64,000 nucleotides of DNA from positions 28,078 through 92,077 of the forward strand of contig CAYMSV010000002.1 of assembly GCA_964393205.1 (NCBI GenBank), in the 5' to 3' direction. Shown here piece by piece: positions 27,717-38,235 of the stretch. The DNA is from an uncultured Pseudomonadales bacterium (GTDB taxonomy: Bacteria; Patescibacteriota; Microgenomatia; UBA1400; PJMF01). Under the pieces are notes generated by a model, which had not been told where the DNA came from, ran no database searches, and was given only the letters and a program-made list of their open reading frames with translations. The translations under genes and the position numbers were made by a program. The stretch's first letter is position 1. Each line of letters starts with the position of its first letter.

Positions 27717-28229
27717 TTAATTTTCGATAATTCCTCGCAAGAGAGCATCCTCAAGGAGTAAATCCGACTCTGTGCTGACTATTACTTCTATAGGTAAAAC
27801 TTCAGCAGGCACTGAAGCTGAGCCAATAAAGCCAGCCTTAGAATAACTAAGCGTGAAAACTTTTTTCTTAGCATCGCCATCGATTTCTTTAAGCCAAACT
27901 GCAAATGCTTCATTACTGTCTGGTAAATTAGCAGTTACTGTAAAATTGAGTTTATCTTCTACTAGTTGGTAACGAATTTCACCACTAGCTTCTCCTACAG
28001 CCATCATTTCAGCCGTGGAAAAATCAGTTGTTCCTCTAATAATACTTTCTTCTTCTTCTTGAGTAAGAGTTGTAATTTCTAGGTCATTACTTAACAAACT
28101 AGCTCCTTCTTCCGCCACCCTAGTGGAGTACCAGCGAACAAACATAAAAACGACAAAAGCAAAAGCTAATAGTGGGAAGATATAAGGGGAAACTTTTTTA
28201 AATTTTTCTTGCATGAGACCTTCGGCCAA
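27717..28229 (-). CDS. Hypothetical membrane-anchored protein
   Basis: N-terminal TM helix (YIFPLLAFAFVVFMFV), then a soluble ~130-aa domain. Confidence 0.45.
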   Translation of the reverse strand: MAEGLMQEKFKKVSPYIFPLLAFAFVVFMFVRWYSTRVAEEGASLLSNDLEITTLTQEEEESIIRGTTDFSTAEMMAVGEASGEIRYQLVEDKLNFTVTANLPDSNEAFAVWLKEIDGDAKKKVFTLSYSKAGFIGSASVPAEVLPIEVIVSTESDLLLEDALLRGIIEN

Positions 28230-28330
28230 AGCCAGTAACTGCTATATTGTGATACTATTTTGAAGTATAAATAACAAGCTGTCAAGATCAGTTAATTTTA
28301 ATATTATGGGATTAAATTTTACTCAAAGTT

Positions 28331-28897
28331 TTAGCTTTTTTGCCAATCCCTACCATACCATAAACCAATTGCTAATTTAGCAATGGCCACGTATTCCTCA
28401 GTGCGATCAATAAAACCCTTAGTTAGAATTCCAATTGCTCCACTTTTACGTTTAAGGTCAAGATCGTTAAATAAATCACCAATTACATGTCCTAATTCTT
28501 GACCAGCTAAAATTCCATCAGCCAAAACCTGTGGCAAACGAAATCTAGCACCACTGGCAGAATAAATATCTCCTTTTTGATCTAGAACACTGATCCAAAC
28601 CGTAGACCACAGTTCTTGATCATTTTTAGCAAATTTTGGACAATAAACTCCACCTTCCGCACCAACAAACAAAACTTCTTCGTCTGGTAGACATAAAGAT
28701 TTTGCCAAAACTATTTTTTTTAAGGCTTTGGCTCGATTAATTGAGCCTTCTAGGGTTTCTTGATCGGTCATTGGTTGCTCCGACACTCCACTAGAAACCG
28801 CTAGTCCGTGCACTTCGATATCAGGATAACTTTCACTAGATGCAATAGTAACAGCATTAATTTTAACTGGATTTTTTGAAGCTACAAAAATTCTCAT
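28331..28897 (-). CDS. Inosine/xanthosine triphosphatase-like, YjjX family (DUF84)
   Basis: MRIFVASKNPVKINAV...SGVSEQP matches the YjjX/non-canonical NTPase family N-terminus. Confidence 0.65.
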   Translation of the reverse strand: MRIFVASKNPVKINAVTIASSESYPDIEVHGLAVSSGVSEQPMTDQETLEGSINRAKALKKIVLAKSLCLPDEEVLFVGAEGGVYCPKFAKNDQELWSTVWISVLDQKGDIYSASGARFRLPQVLADGILAGQELGHVIGDLFNDLDLKRKSGAIGILTKGFIDRTEEYVAIAKLAIGLWYGRDWQKS

Positions 28898-28958
28898 TAT
28901 TTGTCTCCATTGATCACAATTATTTTAAATAAGTTGTTTAATGCTTGTTTCTTTGACA

Positions 28959-29894
28959 TTATTCACTTAAAAAACCTCGCAAAATTAAATCTTCAGCTTC
29001 TCCGGCACTTAAACCTCGACTTCGCAGGTAAAGAATTTGCTCTGCCGACAATTTACCAATTGAAGCCTCATGAGTCAATTGAGCATTAGGGTTTTCCACC
29101 AGTAGTTCAGGAATCAATTCTAACTTAGCACTTTTATCCAACATCAAACCACCACAATCAAGATGACCCTTAGCAGCAGCTTTAGCTATAATTCTGGAGC
29201 GCGCTTTAACTTCAGCACCTTTTCGACCAACTAAACGTAAAGTGGAAATAGCATTGGCGCCCGCCCCATTTAAATAGGCAATATCTGTTAAATTCATTTT
29301 GGTATCTTGACAATTAGCTAATATTTTTAAATCAGAGCGGGCGCCCTTTGCTAAATGAATTTGCGCTTTCAATTGCATTGCCCTGGCTGCTGATTCAATT
29401 TTATAGGTATATTCTAGACTAGCTCCTTGTTCTAAAAAGAATTCATAATTAGTACTAACCTGGTCGTTTTTATCCCAATCATGAACATGCTGATAATATA
29501 AACTAGCTCCCTGGCGCAATAATAATTTGCCTTTAGCCTGATGAGAACGACTTTTTCCTATCACCTTTTCACTAAGCAAGCTGGCCGACTCACAAGTACC
29601 AGTTAAGTCAACATACAATCCAGCTTCTATGACAATAAGATTGTTTAGTTGTTGTTTAGTGCCTGGTTTATCTAGAGAAACGCAACCTAAAAAAGAACAA
29701 TTGGGTTGTTCTTTAATCCAAACAAAATATCCTTCTTTGGGCTTATCAACAAAATACTCTCTAGTCCAAGGGAACTTATCCCAAGCTTCTACCGAACTCA
29801 ACACCTCTGACCCAGACATACTAAGAATCTCTTCAATATGGTGGTCTAGTTGTTTATAAGCAGTTTTTACAGCTTTCGCATTTTTGGTAGCCAT
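28959..29894 (-). CDS. sufD: Fe-S cluster assembly protein, SufB/SufD family
   Basis: C-terminal LSAEQILYLRSRGLSAGEAEDLILRGF is the SufBD signature. The N-terminus overlaps the sufC 3' end by 41 nt; an internal start is possible. Confidence 0.7.
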   Translation of the reverse strand: MATKNAKAVKTAYKQLDHHIEEILSMSGSEVLSSVEAWDKFPWTREYFVDKPKEGYFVWIKEQPNCSFLGCVSLDKPGTKQQLNNLIVIEAGLYVDLTGTCESASLLSEKVIGKSRSHQAKGKLLLRQGASLYYQHVHDWDKNDQVSTNYEFFLEQGASLEYTYKIESAARAMQLKAQIHLAKGARSDLKILANCQDTKMNLTDIAYLNGAGANAISTLRLVGRKGAEVKARSRIIAKAAAKGHLDCGGLMLDKSAKLELIPELLVENPNAQLTHEASIGKLSAEQILYLRSRGLSAGEAEDLILRGFLSE

Positions 29895-30570
29895 ATTTTT
29901 TAATGGTGTTTAATACTTTCTTAACATCTCGACTTTGACAAACTAATTCTCCTTGGCGCAAAATAGCAATGCGATCCGGCTTAATTTCATCTAAAACTGC
30001 TCCAGAGTGAGTAATGATTAATAAAGCTATTTTTCTCTTTTTTAATTCTTTCTTGAGGGCAGTTAGAACTTTTCCTAAATTCTCAATGTCCAAACCGGAA
30101 TCCAACTCATCAATAACTAACAACTTAGGGTTTTGATTCAAGACTTGAACTAATTCGGCAATTTTCTTTTCCCCACCAGAGAAATTACTATTAATTTCTC
30201 TAAATAAAAGAGAATCTGCTAGCTCATAATCATAGTCACCGTCGTGAATTTCTTGGATTAAATTTAGTAGAGTAAATAGTTCAACTCCCTTAATTGCTGG
30301 AGCTTGTTGCCAAACAAAAGCTAAACCTGATTTGGCACGTTCTTCTGGTTTAAGAGCAATTAAATCTTGATCAGCAAATTTAATTGAACCAGCACTCACT
30401 TGATAATTGTCATCACCTAGCAAAACCCTAACCAAAGTTGATTTGCCAGCTCCATTAGCACCCATTAAAGCAACTAGTTCTCCACTATTAATAGACAAAG
30501 AAATATTTTTGAGAATTAATTTCTTATCAGCCTCTACATTTAGATTATTAATTTTAAGTAAATTTTTCAT
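29854..30570 (-). CDS. sufC: Fe-S cluster assembly ATPase SufC
   Basis: ABC ATPase with Walker A GANGAGKST, signature FSGGEKK, Walker B LLVIDELDSG. Unusual Cys-rich C-terminal tail QKCESCKNCL. Confidence 0.85.
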   Translation of the reverse strand: MKNLLKINNLNVEADKKLILKNISLSINSGELVALMGANGAGKSTLVRVLLGDDNYQVSAGSIKFADQDLIALKPEERAKSGLAFVWQQAPAIKGVELFTLLNLIQEIHDGDYDYELADSLLFREINSNFSGGEKKIAELVQVLNQNPKLLVIDELDSGLDIENLGKVLTALKKELKKRKIALLIITHSGAVLDEIKPDRIAILRQGELVCQSRDVKKVLNTIKKYGYQKCESCKNCL

Positions 30571-31058
30571 TATTTATTAAAAGCTTTATTTAAAATATTT
30601 TTAACAAACTGACCTCTTTCACCACCAAAATCATAACTGTTTAGATCATTTAAATTGACCCATGCAAAATCCTGATGTTCTGTTGAAGTTTTGATTTCTG
30701 CCCGATCGCTTTCTGAAAAATCTAAATACCAACCACAATTAATGCTATAAAGATCTCGATCAGCTTCAAAGTAACTAGCAAAATAAATAAGATGCTCAAA
30801 ATCAAAAAGACCTGGTTCAACTAATAAGTTACTCTCTTCTTTGACTTCTCTAGCAATATCTAATTGATGTAGATTAGCAACACTGTCTTGTTCTAGACTG
30901 GGCCACTCGGCGTTGCCTCCTGGTAAATCCCAGGCATTGGGACGAGAAATTGAATCACTACTGCGTTTTAAAATTAAAGCCTCTTTTTGATCCTGATTAA
31001 CTCTTACTATTGCTACCTTGTGCAAAAATTTAACCTTCTGAGTTAGTTGTTGCTTCAT
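30570..31058 (-). CDS. NUDIX hydrolase
   Basis: Nudix box LPGGNAEWPS...REVKEESNL. Confidence 0.65.
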   Translation of the reverse strand: MKQQLTQKVKFLHKVAIVRVNQDQKEALILKRSSDSISRPNAWDLPGGNAEWPSLEQDSVANLHQLDIAREVKEESNLLVEPGLFDFEHLIYFASYFEADRDLYSINCGWYLDFSESDRAEIKTSTEHQDFAWVNLNDLNSYDFGGERGQFVKNILNKAFNK

Positions 31059-31086
31059 AAAAACTTTCTGTCACTGATTATAACAG

Positions 31087-31626
31087 TTAAATGTTCAGTA
31101 ATTTAAAAGCCAAAATTAATTCACATCTAACTTGTTCAAAGATTTCTTTTTGCGACATTTTTTTAATTTGACCTAAAGTAAACCAAGCAATCTCTTCTGA
31201 TTCGTCATTCTGCTGTAAGGTAGATAAATCAACTTCACTAGCTAATAAATATTGAAAATCTAGGTGTTGTTCACAACCTTTTAACCAATCCTTTTCTCTT
31301 TTCTTTTGACCAGCTAAGCGATATTGATAGTTTTTTTTTGAAATCCAATGCAAGTTAATACTAATCGGCACAGGATGGAAAGAAATATTTTTATCTTGTT
31401 GATCAAAATTTAAATCAAAATTAGGTGGACTAATAGCTTTCACTTTTAATCCGGTCTCTTCAAAAAATTCTCTTTCAGCTGCTTGATGTAAAAATTCTCC
31501 TTCTTCTAAATGACCGCCCGGAGTTAACCATGTTTTTAATTTTTTATGTTTTAACAACAAAACTCGCTGATCAATAATTAACACTCCAGAGGCAGTGTAA
31601 CAAAATTGAGGTTTAGCTTTATTCAT
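31087..31626 (-). CDS. NUDIX hydrolase
   Basis: Nudix box TPGGHLEEGEFLHQAAEREFFEETGL. Confidence 0.75.
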   Translation of the reverse strand: MNKAKPQFCYTASGVLIIDQRVLLLKHKKLKTWLTPGGHLEEGEFLHQAAEREFFEETGLKVKAISPPNFDLNFDQQDKNISFHPVPISINLHWISKKNYQYRLAGQKKREKDWLKGCEQHLDFQYLLASEVDLSTLQQNDESEEIAWFTLGQIKKMSQKEIFEQVRCELILAFKLLNI

Positions 31627-31633
31627 AATTTTT

Positions 31634-32218
31634 TTAAATTAAACTCATTTGTGTACCACTAGCCTTTTTCGCTACAAAAGAGAAATCAACAGGGGCTTTG
31701 ATTAATCGATTCCATTTATTGCGAAATTTGACCTCGCCATTCCTTAATCCATAATCATAAACATCTCTAGTCACTTTGACATCCTCTAAACAATATTTTT
31801 CAAGAGCTTTTAGATCACCAATTTGGTAATAACGAATAGCGTCAAGTCCATCTCCAATTTTACCGGAGCCCAAAGTTTCTTGAGCAACAGCGTCTAAGGC
31901 AATGCGATGACCAACGCTGTCTTTAATACGTGTTAATAAATCAAGAGTGGGAATTTTTTTAATATCTGCTTGATAATAAGGAATTAGAGTGGGCATGTCA
32001 AAATTATCTAAATTAAAACCAATCACTACGTCTGCCCTTTCTAACAAAGGAAAGAGTTTTTTTAAATCTTTTTCAAAAAAAGAAAGAAATTGACCTTTTT
32101 TATCGCCATTTTCTCTTAAACACAAACCAACAAAAGAAATACCTAATTTTTCTGGAAAGTAACCTCCAACATCATCGAAACTTTGCTTAGTTTCTACATC
32201 CAAAATCACTTCTAACAT
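31634..32218 (-). CDS. Predicted 3'-5' exonuclease, RNase H-like (PolB-exonuclease-related, DEDDy)
   Basis: ILDVET (Exo I), GFNLDNFDMP (Exo II), HRIALDAVAQET and YCLEDVKVTRDVY (Exo III YxxxD). Confidence 0.6.
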   Translation of the reverse strand: MLEVILDVETKQSFDDVGGYFPEKLGISFVGLCLRENGDKKGQFLSFFEKDLKKLFPLLERADVVIGFNLDNFDMPTLIPYYQADIKKIPTLDLLTRIKDSVGHRIALDAVAQETLGSGKIGDGLDAIRYYQIGDLKALEKYCLEDVKVTRDVYDYGLRNGEVKFRNKWNRLIKAPVDFSFVAKKASGTQMSLI

Positions 32219-32265
32219 AGGAAACTATCCTAAAACAAGTTTCTGTTGACTGCAAGCTCAAACTC

Positions 32266-32898
32266 TTAAGAATGGTTTTTTGTTAAAGCAGTTTGATAAC
32301 GCTTTTCTGCAGCAGCAAAATCAACTACTTGCCACCAAGCGTCCACATAGTCAGCGCGACGGTTTTGGTATTTTAAATAGTAAGCATGTTCCCACACATC
32401 AACACCTAGTAGTGGTTGATGATGTAAGGTTAGAGGCGAATCTTGATTGGGCAAATTATACATTTCAAGTTTTTTATCTTGATTAAGCACTAACCAAGCC
32501 CAGCCAGAACCAAACTGACTCATTGCTAAATCACTAAATTGCTGCCTAAACTTGTCAAAACCACCGAGATCTTCAATTAAATTTTTAAGATCTCCGACTG
32601 GCTCTCTTGCTCCTTTAGGAGACATGATTTCCCAAAAAATATTATGATGAGCAAAACCTCCACCATGATTTTTTAAAACCATCCAAGTTTTGGAGTCAAG
32701 CTTCTCTTTTAAATCTGCTAAACGCCACAGAACTTCGTCAACTGGCAAATCTTTTAAATCTGGCAAATCTTGAAGTGCTAATTTAAATTTATCTAAATAA
32801 GCTTGATGATGTTTATCGTGATGAATCCTCATTGTTTCTTCATCAATATGGGGTTCAAGAGCATCATAAGCATAGGCTAATGGTTTGAGTTCTAACAT
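32266..32898 (-). CDS. sodA: Superoxide dismutase (Fe/Mn family)
   Basis: HHDKHHQAYL...metal ligands...DVWEHAYYLKYQNRRADY. Textbook Fe/Mn-SOD. Confidence 0.9.
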   Translation of the reverse strand: MLELKPLAYAYDALEPHIDEETMRIHHDKHHQAYLDKFKLALQDLPDLKDLPVDEVLWRLADLKEKLDSKTWMVLKNHGGGFAHHNIFWEIMSPKGAREPVGDLKNLIEDLGGFDKFRQQFSDLAMSQFGSGWAWLVLNQDKKLEMYNLPNQDSPLTLHHQPLLGVDVWEHAYYLKYQNRRADYVDAWWQVVDFAAAEKRYQTALTKNHS

Positions 32899-33031
32899 AG
32901 GTCTCCTTTTTTAATTATCAATTAAATACTGTACTGATATTATAGCAGAAAAGTCACTAATAATCAATTATAAAAAAGATTGATATATAAATAAAAAATA
33001 TTTATAGCAAACAATAATTTTACCCAAATAT

Positions 33032-33859
33032 TTAAAGAGTTAATTCCTCAGCTATACGATTAAGTTCAATTAAACGATCTCGCAAAGTAGTGCGTACAAA
33101 ATTTTGCATGGCTGACCAATTAAACTCTTGATCATTTTGACGGTATTGAGCCAATTCTCGCCACAAAAAATTTCCTAAATAAAAACCTTTTGCTCCATTT
33201 TCCATCGCTATTCTGAAATTATCCTTAAACTTTTCATAACTTAAATTTTTTTGATTATCAGCACTTAACAACCAAGGAATATCTAATTCGCTACTAATAG
33301 TAGCTGCCAATAGGGGTTGAGCAACTCCCTCCAAAACTAAAACATCAACAAAAGGATGAAGCTCTTGAATGCTATTTAATAAAATTTCTTCATTGTCAAA
33401 ATTGGTTTGGAGTTTAAGTAAAAAGTCAATTTTTAAACTTTGACTATAATCTCTAATTTCAGCTAACAATTGTTTTTTAACCATGGCTTGCTCTTCGTGA
33501 GACTGATAATTAAGGCTTAATTTCGCCAAAGCATAATTGTTTTGAATTTCTAAAAGTGAAAAATTAGGAAAAAGTTGAGGGATATCTTGAGCCTCTATTA
33601 ATTGGTGTTGTTCTAAGCGAATAAGCGCCCCTACATTCTTGGGTTTGGAACTTAATAAAGCTAAGCTATAAATTGGATCTACAACTATTCCAGTTACTTC
33701 TTTGGACAATTCCATTAATAAAAGGAGAACCTGTTCCAAAAAAGATAGGTTATCAGTTAAACTTAAATCTAAAGATAAAACTTCACTTAAAGATAGAGCA
33801 TCGTCTAAGGCCAGGATGCCAAATAATTGGCGTTGATTGCTAATTGCGGGCAGTTGCAT
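33032..33859 (-). CDS. Class I aldolase, LacD/DeoC-like (tagatose-bisphosphate aldolase family)
   Basis: Collinear blocks resembling LacD: ALDD-type N-terminal, GIVVDPIYSL, VDVLVLEGV, ENGAKGFYLGNFLW. Moderate. Confidence 0.5.
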   Translation of the reverse strand: MQLPAISNQRQLFGILALDDALSLSEVLSLDLSLTDNLSFLEQVLLLLMELSKEVTGIVVDPIYSLALLSSKPKNVGALIRLEQHQLIEAQDIPQLFPNFSLLEIQNNYALAKLSLNYQSHEEQAMVKKQLLAEIRDYSQSLKIDFLLKLQTNFDNEEILLNSIQELHPFVDVLVLEGVAQPLLAATISSELDIPWLLSADNQKNLSYEKFKDNFRIAMENGAKGFYLGNFLWRELAQYRQNDQEFNWSAMQNFVRTTLRDRLIELNRIAEELTL

Positions 33860-33901
33860 CTTTTTAGTATAGCAAAAAAACCCTGGTTACGCTCAATTTA
33901 A

Positions 33902-36181
33902 TTAAGAACGGCGTCTGTTGTTTTGATTATTATTCGAACGATAGTTACGATTACTACTTCGACCCTGATCAAAACGTCTTTGACCTCCGCCACGTGTTGA
34001 ATTAGAACGAGCTTCTTTTTGAGCAGCTTCTTCCTCTGGAGTAAGAGCTGTTAAAGCTATTTTACCATCTGGACCTATTTCTTTAATACGTATCTTTAAA
34101 TGATCGCCCAGTTTAACTTTTTCATGAGCGTCCCTCACATAATCAGTATACATATTAGATACATGAAGCAGACCATCTCGTCCCGGCAAATATTCAACAA
34201 AAGCACCATAGTTTTCAACTCTAGTAACTTCGCCTTCAAATTCATCACCAACTTCTACTTCTCTAACTAAGCCATCTATCATTTCCAAAGCTTGATCTAT
34301 TGCTTCTTGATCCGGAGAAGAAATATTAATAACGCCCTGTTTCTTTTCTTTATCTTCAACTACGTTGACCTCTGCTCCAGTTTTTTCAATAATATCCTTA
34401 ATAACACTACCGCCACTACCAATCACTGTACCAATCTTTTCTGCAGGGATAACTAATTGAGATACTTTTGGCGCATATTGGCTTAATTCTTCTCGTGAAC
34501 TAGTAATATTTTTAAGCATTTCTTGCATAATATGCATGCGACCCTTATGAGCTTGAGAAAGAGCTTTGACTAAGATGTCTTTGTCTATACCTTTTAGTTT
34601 AATATCCATCTGAATAGCTGTAATTCCTTTTTCACTACCAGCTACTTTAAAATCCATGTCACCGACGTGGTCTTCTAAGCCCTGAATATCCGAAAGAATT
34701 ATAAACTTGTCTTTACCGTCACTCATCAATCCCATGGCAATACCTGAAACAGGTCGCTTAAGAGCCACACCAGCTGCCATTAAAGACAGAGTGGAACCAC
34801 AAACAGCAGCTTGAGAGGTTGAGCCATTAGAACTCATGATCTCAGTTACCACTCGAATCGCATAAGGAAATTCTTCTTGTGAAGGTAACATTGGCCTCAG
34901 CGCTCTTTCAGCAAGAGCTCCATGACCAATTTCTCGTCTCTTAGGATAAGCAATGCGTCCAGCTTCTCCAGAAGCATAGGGAGGCATGTTGTAATGATGC
35001 ATGTAATGTCTCACTCTCTCACCAGTAATATCTTCAACTGTTTGACCCAAAGAAGGATCGGCTAAAGTTACTACAGTCAAAGCTTGAGTTGCACCTCTTT
35101 TAAACATAGCGCTGCCGTGAGCCCTAGGTAAAACATCAATTTCTGTCCAAATTTGTCTAATTTCATCAGTTTTTCGACCATCCGGACGAACTCCATCTTC
35201 AAGAATCATTCTTCGAGCTTCATCTTTTTCTAATTGATAAATGATATCTGCTACCATAGCAACACTAACTTCTTTATCACTCTCTTTGGCCTGATCAGTT
35301 TTTTCAGCAACAATCTTTTCAATTAATTCGCTGATGCCAGAATCTTCCAGTTGTGCTTTCTTAAGCACAGCCTGATTAATTTCTGGACCATACTTTTGAT
35401 CAATTTCTGACTTCAATTCGCTGATAAATGATTGCTCATCTTCGCTGATTTCCTCAGTCAAAACTGCTTTTTCTTTGCCAATTTCTTTGGCAATCTTTTC
35501 AATTTCTCCACAAACTCCAGATAAAACTTCTTGAGCTTTAACTAAAGCATCGACAATAATTGACTCTTTAACCTCGTTTGCTCCAGCTTCTACCATCACA
35601 ATTGAAGTTTTAGAAGCTGACACAATTAGATCAAGATCGTTTTCTTCGATTTCACTTTTTAGAGGGTTAAAGATAAATTGCTCTTTTGAACCATCTTTGG
35701 CTAAAGCTAATCTAGCTCCGGCAATAGGCCCATCAAAAGGAATTTCACTAATTTGTAGCGCTAAACCAGCAGACAATAGAGCCATCATATCTGGCTCATT
35801 TTCACCATCATAAGATAGAACTGTGCTGATTATTTGTACTTCATGTTTAATTCCATCTGGAAATAAAGGACGCATGGTGCGATCTATCACTCTAGCTCGC
35901 AAAATTGCATCATCCGTAGGACGACCCTCTCTTTTTACCCAACGAGAACCTTTAATCATACCGCTTGAATAGAGTTTTTCCTCGAATTCAACTGATAAAG
36001 GAAAGTAACCGAGATTAACTTTACGACCAAGTGCTACTGTAGTGTGTACAACAGTGTCACCACATTGTGCTAATACTGCAGCACTAACTTGTTCACTAAA
36101 TTTACCAACTGTAAATTTAATGGTTTTATCACCAATGACCACATCACGATGATATTGCTTTTCATAACTTGGATAAGACAT
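33902..36181 (-). CDS. pnp: Polyribonucleotide nucleotidyltransferase (PNPase) with an Arg/Asn-rich C-terminal tail
   Basis: Two RNase PH domains, KH, and S1 (GEVTRVENYGAFVEY). The extra ~40-aa tail is RSNSTRGGGQRRFDQGRSSNRNYRSNNNQNNRRRS. Confidence 0.95.
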   Translation of the reverse strand: MSYPSYEKQYHRDVVIGDKTIKFTVGKFSEQVSAAVLAQCGDTVVHTTVALGRKVNLGYFPLSVEFEEKLYSSGMIKGSRWVKREGRPTDDAILRARVIDRTMRPLFPDGIKHEVQIISTVLSYDGENEPDMMALLSAGLALQISEIPFDGPIAGARLALAKDGSKEQFIFNPLKSEIEENDLDLIVSASKTSIVMVEAGANEVKESIIVDALVKAQEVLSGVCGEIEKIAKEIGKEKAVLTEEISEDEQSFISELKSEIDQKYGPEINQAVLKKAQLEDSGISELIEKIVAEKTDQAKESDKEVSVAMVADIIYQLEKDEARRMILEDGVRPDGRKTDEIRQIWTEIDVLPRAHGSAMFKRGATQALTVVTLADPSLGQTVEDITGERVRHYMHHYNMPPYASGEAGRIAYPKRREIGHGALAERALRPMLPSQEEFPYAIRVVTEIMSSNGSTSQAAVCGSTLSLMAAGVALKRPVSGIAMGLMSDGKDKFIILSDIQGLEDHVGDMDFKVAGSEKGITAIQMDIKLKGIDKDILVKALSQAHKGRMHIMQEMLKNITSSREELSQYAPKVSQLVIPAEKIGTVIGSGGSVIKDIIEKTGAEVNVVEDKEKKQGVINISSPDQEAIDQALEMIDGLVREVEVGDEFEGEVTRVENYGAFVEYLPGRDGLLHVSNMYTDYVRDAHEKVKLGDHLKIRIKEIGPDGKIALTALTPEEEAAQKEARSNSTRGGGQRRFDQGRSSNRNYRSNNNQNNRRRS

Positions 36182-36358
36182 ATTATCCTTCTTTCTTTTA
36201 GCTCAATAGAGCCTTCAACAAAATTTGGGGAAATGAGTATTCTGAAAAATCGATAAAATTTATCAACTTTTTGGAATCCTCACCTAACATTCCCAAACCC
36301 TGTTTATATTAATAACAGACTAGTATTATAACAAATTTAAGAGAATTTATCACTAGGC

Positions 36359-36628
36359 TTACTTGCTTAGACCTAATTTATCGATCAGCTTACGATAACG
36401 TTCTTCGCTACGACCTAAAAGAAAATTAAGTAAACGACGACGTTTAGAAACTTGTTTCAATAAACCTTTGCGGGAATGATTATCTTTTTTATGAGTTTTG
36501 AGGTGCTCACTTAACTCTTGAATTGAAGCAGTTAAAAGGGCAATTTGTACCTCTGGCGATCCGGTATCACCTTCGAATAAAGCAAAATCTTTAATAATTT
36601 GAGATTTTTGTTTACTAGTTAATGCCAT
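36359..36628 (-). CDS. rpsO: 30S ribosomal protein S15
   Basis: 89 aa. [26 protein letters not shown]...RRRLLNFL is the S15 signature. Confidence 0.9.
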   Translation of the reverse strand: MALTSKQKSQIIKDFALFEGDTGSPEVQIALLTASIQELSEHLKTHKKDNHSRKGLLKQVSKRRRLLNFLLGRSEERYRKLIDKLGLSK

Positions 36629-36740
36629 AGATCCTTTCGATTGTTACCTTTAACCAACAAGCCTTAGCCTGTTTAGCAAAGTAAGCATTATTATTTTTTA
36701 ACCTGGATATTATATCACAGCTTTTTATTTTAATTTAAAA

Positions 36741-38231
36741 TTAATCTTCTTGAGTATAAGCAATTACTAAATCGCCCACCCCAAAATCTAATTTTTTGTT
36801 TTTAAAAGTCAAGCCAGCCTCGTTTTTAGTTTTAACCACTTTAATCTCTTCTTTACCATGCATCATTTTTTTAATCACTGGATTAGCGATGATCTCTTCA
36901 GCGCGTTTAAGATGTAGCAAATCATTTTGTTTGATTTCACCAGTCTTAACCCTCACTCCAGCAATTCGCTCACCCTTCATCTCGAAAACTTCTAAAATCT
37001 CTGCCTCTCCAGTCACTACTTCATCTATAGTTGAATCCATTAGTTTTAACATTTGTTTCTGTAAGTCTTCAATTAAATGATGAATTACATCATATTCTTT
37101 GATTTTTGCTCCCAATGTTTTTGCAATTTTTTTAGTTTTATTAGATACCTTAATATTGAAAGCAATTAACAACACTTTTTCACCAGTAGCTAATTCCAAA
37201 TCTTCTTCAGTAATCTGACCCACTCCACAACGCAAAACTTCAACGCTGTCTTTGTCTAAACTCTGTAAAATGGCTTCAAGGGTACCCTTAACATCTGCCT
37301 TTACAATTAATTTAATTTTTTCTTTTTGGCCCAAAATATAATCTAAATCTAATTTATCCCAATCGACGTTTTCTTCAGCACTAGTAAAACTTTTTTCTAA
37401 GTCTCCAGTTTGGCTAAAATCACTCTCGGCAACTGCACTATAATCAATGCCTGCTTCTCTCACAATTTCACCCACTTCTGGAACTTCTTTTAAACCAATA
37501 ATTTCTGTAGGTGAACCAGGTAAAACTTCTTCTAAAAGCTCTCCCTTTTCATTGATTAAACCACGCACTTTACCAGCAATATCTCCAACCAATAAATCTT
37601 GACGGATTTTTAAACTTCCTTGTTTAACGACAACTCTTGCTACTGGACCCTTATTTTTATCCTTAGTTGACTCAATAACTACTGCTTCAAGAGGTGCACT
37701 GAGATCAGCTTTGAGTTCCAATAAATCAGTTAAAAGAATAATAGTTTCCAAAAGCTTATCAACTCCCTTGCCTGTCTTGGCAGAAATTTCTACCACCTCC
37801 ACATCGCCACCATATTCCTGAACTAAAAGTTCATGCTCAGCTAATTGACTCTTAACATTGTCTGGACGGACATCTGGTAAATCAATTTTGTTAATAGCTA
37901 CTAATACTGGCACTTTTGCTTCTTTAATGTGACGAATAGACTCTATAGTTTGAGGCTTAACACCATCATTAGCTGCCACCACCAAAACCACCAAGTCAGT
38001 TACTTGAGCTCCTCGTTGGCGCATTTTATTGAAAGCTGCATGACCAGGAGTATCAATAAAAGTAATTTTCTGATCTTTAAAATCAATTTGATAAGCCCCA
38101 ATGTGCTGAGTCATTCCTCCAGCCTCACCAGCCTGAATTCTACTTTGACGAATATAATCCAACAATGTAGTTTTACCGTGGTCAACATGACCCATGATTG
38201 TGATAACTGGACAGCGTTTAATTAAAGCCAT
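36741..38231 (-). CDS. infB: Translation initiation factor IF-2, short form (G domain at the extreme N-terminus)
   Basis: PVITIMGHVDHGKTTLLD (G1), DTPGH (G3), NKID (G4), then IF2 domains C1/C2. Only 496 aa; no N-terminal region. Confidence 0.9.
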   Translation of the reverse strand: MALIKRCPVITIMGHVDHGKTTLLDYIRQSRIQAGEAGGMTQHIGAYQIDFKDQKITFIDTPGHAAFNKMRQRGAQVTDLVVLVVAANDGVKPQTIESIRHIKEAKVPVLVAINKIDLPDVRPDNVKSQLAEHELLVQEYGGDVEVVEISAKTGKGVDKLLETIILLTDLLELKADLSAPLEAVVIESTKDKNKGPVARVVVKQGSLKIRQDLLVGDIAGKVRGLINEKGELLEEVLPGSPTEIIGLKEVPEVGEIVREAGIDYSAVAESDFSQTGDLEKSFTSAEENVDWDKLDLDYILGQKEKIKLIVKADVKGTLEAILQSLDKDSVEVLRCGVGQITEEDLELATGEKVLLIAFNIKVSNKTKKIAKTLGAKIKEYDVIHHLIEDLQKQMLKLMDSTIDEVVTGEAEILEVFEMKGERIAGVRVKTGEIKQNDLLHLKRAEEIIANPVIKKMMHGKEEIKVVKTKNEAGLTFKNKKLDFGVGDLVIAYTQED

Positions 38232-38235
38232 GGTT

